A stretch of 27,102 bases of DNA, from positions 1-27,102 of the forward strand of contig JACPRC010000012.1 of the NCBI GenBank assembly GCA_016190175.1, written 5' to 3'. Source of the DNA: Planctomycetota bacterium. GTDB lineage: Bacteria > Planctomycetota > MHYJ01 > JACPRB01. The position numbers were made by a program, and so were the translations under genes. Below the pieces are notes generated by a model, which made no database searches, was not told the DNA's origin, and was given only the letters and a program-made list of their open reading frames with translations. Numbering within the stretch: position 1 is the stretch's first letter; each line of letters opens with the position of its first letter. Positions 8,301 through 14,443 of the stretch are shown piece after piece.

Positions 8301-11145
8301 ACCGCTGGCGGTCGTGCTCCTCGCGTCGATCGGCACCCGCGCGGAGACCTCCTCAGCCTGGAGCCGCGCGCTTGCGGACGCCCTGCTGGGCGGCACGGCG
8401 CCGTCCGCCTCCGATCCCGATCCCGTCGTGCGCGCGATGTGCGCCCTCGTCTTCGGGATGCGCGACGACCCCGGGCCGCTGATGACGCTCCTGGACGATC
8501 CGGATCCGCGGGTCGTCGAGGCGGCGCTCCTGGCGCTCCTGAGGGAGGATCCCGCGGATCCTCTGGAAACGGTGCCGTGCCCCTCCACGTGGGCCTATTT
8601 CCTGCTGGCGGCGAAGGCGGAGAAGAAACCGCCCGCGATCGCCCGGCTGCCCGCGTCGGAGCATGGCCGCATCGAAGCGGCCCTCCGCACGATCGCCGGG
8701 AAGACGCGGGCCGCGACGTCCCATCGGCTGGTGCTGGGACTCATGACGCGGGTGCCCATCGGCGTCGATCTCCTCCGCGGCGTGCTCCTGCGTTCTTTTC
8801 CCTCGTCGGGCGCGATCCGCGAGGGATTCGACCGCCAGGCTGCGCTCCAGCCGCGGGCGGAACTGGAGTCGCTTCTTCGGGAACTCGTGCAGACGGCGCC
8901 CCGCGAAGTCCGCCCGCGCTATTTCGAGGTCGCCTCGCAGAAGTCCCTCCTGACTGCGGACGATCTTCTCGGACAGATGGAATCCGACCTTCCCAAGATC
9001 CGGCTGGCGACACGCGACCTTCTCGTCCCGCTCCCCGACGCGCGCGCTGCGGCGCTCCTGGACCACGAGGATCTGCACGTCCGGCGGAACGCGGCTTGCC
9101 TCTTCGTTCTGTGGCACCTCGCCAGGACGCCGGGGTTCGGCTCCCTCTTCGCGCCGGCCACCTCGCCCCGTCGCTGCCAGACGCTGGCGTGGGCGCTGGC
9201 CCGGTTCGCCCTCGCCCCTTTCCACAAGAGGCGCGAGACGCCGGCGCTTTGGGGGGGGGAGATGATCAACGTGGAGATGATCAACTGGGAGGAGTTCGCA
9301 CCGTTCCGGGTCTCGGGAAAACTGCGCGTCAAGTCGCCCGAGGATGCGATCAAGCTGCTGCGCCTTGCGGTCGACCTCGATCCGTCCGACTCGAGCCTCC
9401 GGTACCACCTGGGATCGATGCTGGCGAGTCGAAGGTCCCACGCGGAGGCGATTGAGGCCCTTCTTGCGGCGGTCGAGAAACTCCCGCCGGAGTACGAGCA
9501 GATGCGCGCCGAGGCGTGCGAGAAGCTGGGGGAGGAGTATCTTGCGTCGAAGGACCCGGAGAACGCCATTCTCTGGCTTGAGCGATCGATGGCCTCCTTG
9601 CCCGAGCGGCCGGGTCCGCTCGCAAGGCTCGGAGAGGCGCTGATCCTCCGGGGGGAGTACGCGACCGCGGAGGCGAAGCTGACTCGTGCCCTCGACCTCG
9701 ACCCGCGGTCTGGAGAGGCGTACCTCATGCGAGGGCGCGCGCGGAAGAAACTGGGTCGTCTCGACGAGGCCGCCGTGGACTTGAGCAACGCGCTCGCCTA
9801 CGGAGGGAAGCCGACGGAGGAGGACAAGTCGGGGCTCGACTTCGACCGCGCGCTGCTGCCCTCGCTTCTGGAACGGATGCGCTGGGCGCGGACCGATGAC
9901 GAGCGCCTGAAGCTCGTCGGACACCTCAGACCGCTGATCGAGGGGGTCCCGTCTTCGGTCCGGGAGTGGCTCTCCTCAAGCAACTCCCTCCACCGCCGGA
10001 ACGCCGTCGCCGTGATCGCCGCAGTCTCGGACAGCCGCCGGGAGGAAGCGGACTGGGACGCGCTGGCCGCTGCGGCCGGCGATCCCGATCGGAGGGTGCG
10101 CCTGGCCGCCCTGTCGGCCTTGCGGGATGCGGAGGCGCGGCCGAGCGAGAGGGGAAGGTCGGACCTGCTGGCGGCCGCGCGGTCCGCCTTCCGTTCCGGG
10201 GATGAGGGACTTCGGGACGCGGCCCTGCCCGTCCTGGCCGCATGTCCGCTCGCGGAGGTCTGGGGCGAGCTTCTGGACTACATCGACCTGCCGCTACCCG
10301 TGATGGGCAGGGCGACGCAGCTCGCGAACCGCATGCGGGCTCTCGCCAGGTTCCTCAAGGAGGCGAAGCGGCTGCCCGCCGGGGCGGCGGAGCGGCTCCG
10401 TGCTTCGGCGGCGGTCGAAACGTGGGTCGTCCGTTTCGCGGCCGGCGAGCGCGGGGCGCGCTTCGTCGAGTCGCTCGTCGCGGCGCTGGTCGACGCCGAC
10501 CCGGCTCGGCGCGAGTACGCCGACGTCCTCGGCGCCGAATGGGACCCCGGGTTCGAGCAGGTTGCGGAAACTTGGATGGACCGTTCCGACCCCCACGCGG
10601 GCATCTACCTTGCCGGGTACGCGCCGGAGTTGTGGAAGAGGGCGGTCGATCGCCTGGCCGAGCTGGCCGTCCTGATCGACCATGCAATCGAGGCTCTCTT
10701 CCACCGTCGCGTCAGCGAGGGGGAGTCCTGTTGGCGCGGGCTTTCGGAGCCGCTGCTCGCGGTTCTGTGCCGTCTCCTGCCGGCGCGGACGGAGGCCGCA
10801 TGCGAGGTGGTCCGTCACTACGCGGCGCGGGCCGCGGGGCCGTCGCTTCGGACGATCGTGGGCGACGGGCGGGCGGCCGTCCGCGACCGGCTGGACGCGG
10901 CCGCGACGCTCGCCGAGATCGGCGAGGACGGGGGCGCGGAGTTCGTGGTCGAGGCGCTCCGGGGCCGGCTGGCGGGTGCAAGGGAGTACGCCGACCTCAA
11001 GCACGCGATCTGGCTCATCTGCCTCCGCGCGGCGGGGAAATCGGGGCGCAAGGAGTTCGTCCCCGTCCTGCGGGAATGCGCGGAGAAGTTCGAGGACAAT
11101 CACCTTCGCAAAGAGGCCGCCGCTGCGCTCCGCCAGTTGCAGTAG
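5362..11145 (+). CDS. Giant membrane Ser/Thr protein kinase, 1928 aa: N-terminal Hanks-type kinase, one TM helix, then about 1600 aa of HEAT/TPR repeats.
   Basis: Kinase motifs GRGGMGVVYEG, VAVK, HRDIKPANLML, DFGLA, GTPAYMSPE. TM segment LPAAVVLLSALVVAGVFAL. HEAT-like DPDPVVRAM..DDPDPRVVEAALLAL. TPR-like segment around 9300-9800. Start placed at ATG 5362 (MADAPAP...), downstream of the REP element. Confidence 0.8.
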   Translation: MADAPAPAPLRRIGDIELLREVGRGGMGVVYEGRQEKRRVAVKVLLGDDSDPEAVVRFQREASAASILQHPNIVPVTQFGRHEGVYYYVMPFVDGESLAARVRRQGALDPREAARFALQAALALDHAHRFGIVHRDIKPANLMLGERLMVTDFGLAKALAAPTLTAAGTVVGTPAYMSPEQAAGLKVGSRTDIYSLGATLYEMATGRVPFQERDVALLLRRIEETDPPLPSTIRAVPRDLETILLRAMQKDASLRYPTAAEMAEDLGRFLAGQSIRARRTGSVRKLARWVGRSRALPAAVVLLSALVVAGVFALRSKREVAKVRTEGREKEDAARRAQAERAFAAAEVLFGEKKWDEARKLYEEVVALGTPLAFEAKAALAELALAAGRLDDARRWIETLGRPPLLAAKLALREGEWRRAIELAKSVPDEPDAWDVLIEAHTALKDLDAARAALKEKVERQRARAQLLLREADAVVESEPGRAERLYRRALALCDAVGMEAPAAAGRCGRLLFARGLGREALPYLDRDPAQSYWSVRVRVDLGLWHDAHARFRPRDLDRESAETGLQIGLAMLDPTLVRACLPHVADPRLRSLATGESEDPVLRALVSSRAGDWERALPHATDPTVRGTLLFRLERTVEAAREFEKSRDPLGRIACAYELRGARAARELAEGAPGGDAVRVARVLLLLLEDRTKEALEVLMALFEEQPPIPAVALLVFRLQDVILRMPKEPLDRLTRKFENIFLRRFLSGDRREFERILWPQLNLGFRMLVPMMRDLAPYRMWQADQDWYVGNSPSETSILALLEDAAGGAPQIRELAEQRLRALDPAAILVLEQIAVRKGHPRAEAARRWAEVLAERRRQEQRMRLGSFVRLYSYHKVVTSLFGDELSLKDCLLKLTLFREAAGDLKAPEATAVLETYARDENLSVAITALQGLYAVDRAAFLRHLGSRAGLLAAALVDTVSLREPLESALKTAPEELRPLAVVLLASIGTRAETSSAWSRALADALLGGTAPSASDPDPVVRAMCALVFGMRDDPGPLMTLLDDPDPRVVEAALLALLREDPADPLETVPCPSTWAYFLLAAKAEKKPPAIARLPASEHGRIEAALRTIAGKTRAATSHRLVLGLMTRVPIGVDLLRGVLLRSFPSSGAIREGFDRQAALQPRAELESLLRELVQTAPREVRPRYFEVASQKSLLTADDLLGQMESDLPKIRLATRDLLVPLPDARAAALLDHEDLHVRRNAACLFVLWHLARTPGFGSLFAPATSPRRCQTLAWALARFALAPFHKRRETPALWGGEMINVEMINWEEFAPFRVSGKLRVKSPEDAIKLLRLAVDLDPSDSSLRYHLGSMLASRRSHAEAIEALLAAVEKLPPEYEQMRAEACEKLGEEYLASKDPENAILWLERSMASLPERPGPLARLGEALILRGEYATAEAKLTRALDLDPRSGEAYLMRGRARKKLGRLDEAAVDLSNALAYGGKPTEEDKSGLDFDRALLPSLLERMRWARTDDERLKLVGHLRPLIEGVPSSVREWLSSSNSLHRRNAVAVIAAVSDSRREEADWDALAAAAGDPDRRVRLAALSALRDAEARPSERGRSDLLAAARSAFRSGDEGLRDAALPVLAACPLAEVWGELLDYIDLPLPVMGRATQLANRMRALARFLKEAKRLPAGAAERLRASAAVETWVVRFAAGERGARFVESLVAALVDADPARREYADVLGAEWDPGFEQVAETWMDRSDPHAGIYLAGYAPELWKRAVDRLAELAVLIDHAIEALFHRRVSEGESCWRGLSEPLLAVLCRLLPARTEAACEVVRHYAARAAGPSLRTIVGDGRAAVRDRLDAAATLAEIGEDGGAEFVVEALRGRLAGAREYADLKHAIWLICLRAAGKSGRKEFVPVLRECAEKFEDNHLRKEAAAALRQLQ
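9251..9288 (+). repeat. G9 homopolymer (9251-9259) followed by a 15-bp tandem duplication (GAGATGATCAAC-GTG / GAGATGATCAAC-TGG), inside the kinase CDS.
   Basis: Direct reading. Encodes WGGEMINVEMINW. Confidence 0.5.
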
Positions 11146-11182
11146 CGGAATCCCTCATGGACCGGGCGCCAGTGAAACCAGC

Positions 11183-11215
11183 CCACCAATTCCTCCCTGT
11201 CAACTTTTTGAGCGT
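11183..11215 (-). repeat. Degenerate REP-like element in inverted orientation, 5' of the RAYT gene.
   Basis: Shares CTCCCTGTCAACTTTT (16/16) and CACCAA with the reverse complement of the 5279 element. The stem is partly decayed. Confidence 0.45.
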
Positions 11216-11255
11216 CGATTCCGAGTCAACTTATGGCACTACAAAGTAGGCGTTC

Positions 11256-12095
11256 ATGGGGATGCCGACTGCGATGCGTAGAGAGAAACGAGGCGAAGGA
11301 GCGTGGCACGTGTACGCCCGAGGGGCGCGTCGACTTGGCTTGTTCTACGAAGACGACCATTACCGCCGCTTCTTGTGCCTCCTTGAGAAGGGGGTTGCTA
11401 CCTCCGGCTGTTCTCTTTGGGCCTACGCCCTCATGTCCAATCACTACCATTTGATCGTTTTCGGGACCCCCGCTCAACTTGCAGGCTGCATGCAAGCAGT
11501 CAATCATGGGTTCGCCGTGTTCTTCAATGAACATCACGGGGTTGCCGGGCACACGTTCGATGGACCCTACCACGCTCATTTCCAGAGAACACCCTACCTG
11601 CTGGTCCGGCGCGTGGCCTATGTGTTCCTGAACCCCGTGGCGGCTGGGATCACGCTGCGGGCAGAAGACTATGCCTGGTCCAGCTATCGGGACTTTGTCG
11701 GTCTTCCTGGAGCGCCCCTGCATGTCGATCCGGACCCCGTTCTGAGGCTCCTCCACCATGATCCTCAGGAGGCTCGCAAGGAATTCGCCGGGATGATGTG
11801 TCGGCTGACGCCTGGGCGCGTCGAGTCTTCCGAAGGGGTGGCAACGGCGGCCGCGGTGGCTCGAGAGCAATTTGAGTGGCTGCTCGATGCGGCACGCGCA
11901 AGGCAGCGTACCGATGACGGTGAGGACTCGGAAGAGCGAGCGTTGCGCTGGGGACTCCAGTGCGGCATACCCCCACGGATCATGGCCGGCGTCCTTGGAA
12001 ACGGAACTCCGGCCCCGGTCTATTGGAGACTCCGACAGTTGCGAAAGAAGCTGGAAGCAGATCCGGAACGCTACCGTCGATTGCCTCCCCCGTGA
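11256..12095 (+). CDS. IS200/IS605-family Y1 (HUH) transposase-like protein of the REP-associated RAYT type.
   Basis: N-terminal AWHVYARG (compare HVMNRG). HUH motif NHYHLIV. Catalytic-Tyr region YAWSSY. Somewhat lower GC than the neighbouring genes. Flanked by REP hairpins. Confidence 0.7.
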   Translation: MGMPTAMRREKRGEGAWHVYARGARRLGLFYEDDHYRRFLCLLEKGVATSGCSLWAYALMSNHYHLIVFGTPAQLAGCMQAVNHGFAVFFNEHHGVAGHTFDGPYHAHFQRTPYLLVRRVAYVFLNPVAAGITLRAEDYAWSSYRDFVGLPGAPLHVDPDPVLRLLHHDPQEARKEFAGMMCRLTPGRVESSEGVATAAAVAREQFEWLLDAARARQRTDDGEDSEERALRWGLQCGIPPRIMAGVLGNGTPAPVYWRLRQLRKKLEADPERYRRLPPP

Positions 12096-12096
12096 G

Positions 12097-12152
12097 CCCC
12101 ACCAAAAGTTGGCAGGGAGCTTTTGGTGTGATTGGGAGCTTTTGGTGTGATT
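12097..12152 (+). repeat. REP-like palindromic element (CACCAAAAG-TTGGCAGGGAG-CTTTTGGTGTGATT) plus a tandem 19-nt partial duplication (GGGAGCTTTTGGTGTGATT x2).
   Basis: Direct reading: 12115-12133 and 12134-12152 are identical. It lies between the convergent RAYT and gluQ genes and may act as a bidirectional terminator. Confidence 0.6.
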
Positions 12153-12157
12153 GCGCT

Positions 12158-13033
12158 TCAGAGCCGGAAGCGGTCGGGCGTGAGGACGACACGCTCGCGC
12201 GGCCGGTCCCACGACCAGCGCCCGACAAGATCCGCCGGGCGCGCCGCGGTCACGTCGAAGCCGCTCCACCGGGCGACGGCGCCGATGACGCGTTCGGGCG
12301 CCACGCCGCGCGCGCGGTACGTCGAGATCCGCCCGTCGCCGTGGCGCTTTGCGAGGCGCTTCCCGTCGGGGCCGACGACGAGCGGCACGTGGCCGTACGC
12401 CGGGACCGGGGCGCCGAGCTTGCGGTAGAGGAGGATCTGCCGCGCGGTCGAGGGAATCAGATCGTCGCCGCGCACCACCTCGGTGACGCCCATCGCGATG
12501 TCGTCGGCGACGACGGCGAACTGGTACGCCGGGTCGTCGGGCGACTTCGCGACGACGAAATCGCCGACGGTGCCCGCGACGTCGATCTCGTGGCGGCCGG
12601 AGAGGAGGTCGTCGAAAGCGAGGACGCCGGGCTCGACGCGGAAGCGCCATGACCGCGCGACCGGGGGCGGATGTTCCCGGCACGTCCCCGGATAGCGCGG
12701 CTCGGCATCCCCCTCGTGCGGCGCGGCCTGCTCGAGGTCGGCGCGCGAGCACGCGCACGGGTAGGCGTCGAGCTTCGGGAAGAGCGCGCGGTAGCGGTCG
12801 CGCCGCTCCGTCTGCCGCACCGGCCCCTCGTCCCAGTCGAAGCCGAGCCACGCCAGCTCCTCGACAAGCCGCTCGCACGCGCCGGGCTTGACGCGGTTCG
12901 TCTCCAGGTCCTCGATCCGGAGGATCACACGCCCGCCTTGCGAGCGCGCGGAGAGCCAGGCCCAGAGGAACGTGCGGACGTTGCCGAGGTGGAGCGAGCC
13001 CGTCGGGCTGGGCGCGAGGCGGCCGACGACCAT
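12158..13033 (-). CDS. gluQ: Glutamyl-Q tRNA(Asp) synthetase (a GluRS paralog lacking the anticodon-binding domain).
   Basis: Class-I aaRS motif PTGSLHLGN (HIGH variant). At 291 aa it is truncated relative to GluRS. KRHG region present. Codon usage typical of the genome. Confidence 0.75.
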   Translation of the reverse strand: MVVGRLAPSPTGSLHLGNVRTFLWAWLSARSQGGRVILRIEDLETNRVKPGACERLVEELAWLGFDWDEGPVRQTERRDRYRALFPKLDAYPCACSRADLEQAAPHEGDAEPRYPGTCREHPPPVARSWRFRVEPGVLAFDDLLSGRHEIDVAGTVGDFVVAKSPDDPAYQFAVVADDIAMGVTEVVRGDDLIPSTARQILLYRKLGAPVPAYGHVPLVVGPDGKRLAKRHGDGRISTYRARGVAPERVIGAVARWSGFDVTAARPADLVGRWSWDRPRERVVLTPDRFRL

Positions 13034-13132
13034 GCGGAGGAGTATAGCCCGATGCGGCGGTGGTTGTCGAAGGCCGGATCGGGCGAATGGTGCGCGACCT
13101 TCTTCTCCAAGCGTTGACCGATCAGGTCCCGT

Positions 13133-14218
13133 TCACTCGACGCCCCCGCCTGCGCCGAGTCGGGTCAGACGGTCCACGGTCGTGGTGTCGTAGCTGGTGA
13201 ACCCTCCTCCCACGTAGATATCCCCGGAACCATCCCCTGCCGGGGCGATGGACCGGACCCAGTTGTTGAATCCGAAGCCGACGCCGAAGCCCGCGTCCAG
13301 CGTCCCGTCGGAGTTCAAGCGGGCAATGAAGTTGGTTGCGGTCCCGTTGTAGCTGGTAAAGAATCCTCCCACGTAGATGTCGCCGGAGCCGTCCTCCGCC
13401 GGAGTGATTGACCAGACGCTGGTGTTGAACCCGGAGCCGATGGCGAAGTCCGCGTCCAGCGTCCCGTCGGAGTTCAGGCGGACGATATAGTCCGTCGCGG
13501 CCCCGTTGTAGCTGGTGAAGTATCCTCCCACGTAGATATCCCCGGAGCCGTCCTCCGCCGGGGTGATTGGCCAGACGATGCTGTTGAACCCGGAGCCGAT
13601 GGTGAAGCCCGCGTCCACCGCCCCGTCGGAGTTCAGGCGGACGATGTAGTTCGTCGCGGTCCCGTTGTAGCTGGTGAAGTTCCCTCCCACGTAGATATCG
13701 CCGGAGCCGTCCCCCGCCGTGGCGATGGAGTTGACGCCGCTGTTGAACCCGGAGCCGACGGCGAAGCCCGCGTCCACCGTCCCGTCGTAGTTCAGGCGGA
13801 CAATGTAGTTCGTCGCCGTCCCGTTGTAGCTGGTGAAATCCCCTCTGACGTAGATATCGCCGGAGCCGTCCCCCGCCGGAGTGATTGACCAGACGGTGTT
13901 GGTGAACCCGGAGCCGACGGCGAAGCCCAGGTCGAGCGTTTCATCCGCGTTGAATCGAGCGATGCGATCGCGGCGCGTCGAGTTGTAGGTGAGGAAGCCG
14001 CCCGCTACGTAGACATCCCCGGTCCCATCCGCCGCGAGGGCGATCAAGTCGACCGGGCCGCTGAAACCCCGCGCCTGGTTGAAGCCTGTGGGGACCGGCG
14101 GGGGAGCGGGCGGTTGGTCGTCGTCGCCGTCACCATCACACCCCCCGACCAGCAGGAGCGACACGAACCCGATCGCGGCCAGCCGACCCATCCTCGATCT
14201 CCCGGCGGTCATGGTCAT
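13133..14218 (-). CDS. Lipoprotein with six tandem delta-60 repeats (Myxococcota-type beta-propeller-like repeats).
   Basis: Signal peptide and lipobox LLLVGGC. Six repeats of about 51 aa, each of the form DGSGDIYVGGxFTSYNGTATNYIVRLNSDGTLDAGFAIGSGFN. The repeats are also near-identical at the DNA level (153-bp period). Confidence 0.75.
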   Translation of the reverse strand: MTMTAGRSRMGRLAAIGFVSLLLVGGCDGDGDDDQPPAPPPVPTGFNQARGFSGPVDLIALAADGTGDVYVAGGFLTYNSTRRDRIARFNADETLDLGFAVGSGFTNTVWSITPAGDGSGDIYVRGDFTSYNGTATNYIVRLNYDGTVDAGFAVGSGFNSGVNSIATAGDGSGDIYVGGNFTSYNGTATNYIVRLNSDGAVDAGFTIGSGFNSIVWPITPAEDGSGDIYVGGYFTSYNGAATDYIVRLNSDGTLDADFAIGSGFNTSVWSITPAEDGSGDIYVGGFFTSYNGTATNFIARLNSDGTLDAGFGVGFGFNNWVRSIAPAGDGSGDIYVGGGFTSYDTTTVDRLTRLGAGGGVE

Positions 14219-14230
14219 GCCCTCTTCATT

Positions 14231-14395
14231 CTACCCCATGCACTGCTCCCGGGAGCCGTCAATGTGAGCCCGGGATCCTCCGCACGCGAGGAGGCGGTTC
14301 CCCTTGGGGAGACGCACCTCGAAGTTCGCGTCGCGCGAAGTGAAGGTGTCGTCCTGGAGACCGAGGAGCGGAGAGAGCAGGATCAGGACCGTCAT
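14231..14395 (-). CDS. Possible small ORF (54 aa, MTVLILLSPLLGLQDD...) immediately upstream of the delta-60 lipoprotein gene.
   Basis: GGAGG lies 5 nt upstream of the ATG. GC3 is about 80%. Hydrophobic N-terminus. No recognisable homology, so this is speculative. Confidence 0.25.
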   Translation of the reverse strand: MTVLILLSPLLGLQDDTFTSRDANFEVRLPKGNRLLACGGSRAHIDGSREQCMG

Positions 14396-14443
14396 GGCGA
14401 CCTCCACGATTCCACTCCGATGATAGGATCGCGGCCGCGGCCG

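Larger units (their letters stand above)
11183..12152 (+). mobile_element. REP-associated tyrosine transposase (RAYT) unit. The gene is flanked by oppositely oriented REP-like hairpins.
   Basis: REP copies lie at 11183-11215 (inverted, degenerate) and 12097-12152 (forward, with a 19-nt tandem partial duplication). The transposase CDS lies between them. Confidence 0.6.

Noticed and set aside
5304-9455. Plus-strand alternative-frame ORFs (5304..6944, 6993..9455) inside the kinase gene.
   Set aside because: Frameshifted shadows of the kinase CDS. Ala/Arg/Gly-rich with no motifs.
8353-9924. 523-aa minus-strand ORF.
   Set aside because: Antisense to the kinase TPR/HEAT region. Arg-rich low complexity.
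11226-12878. 550-aa minus-strand ORF spanning the RAYT and gluQ loci.
   Set aside because: Wrong-frame or antisense shadow. The real genes are RAYT (plus strand) and gluQ (12158..13033, another frame).
13034-13132. Checked short intergenic regions for tRNA or other small RNA genes.
   Set aside because: No cloverleaf-compatible segments or conserved T-loop (GTTCGA/GTTCAA in context) were found. No rRNA-like sequence anywhere in the window.
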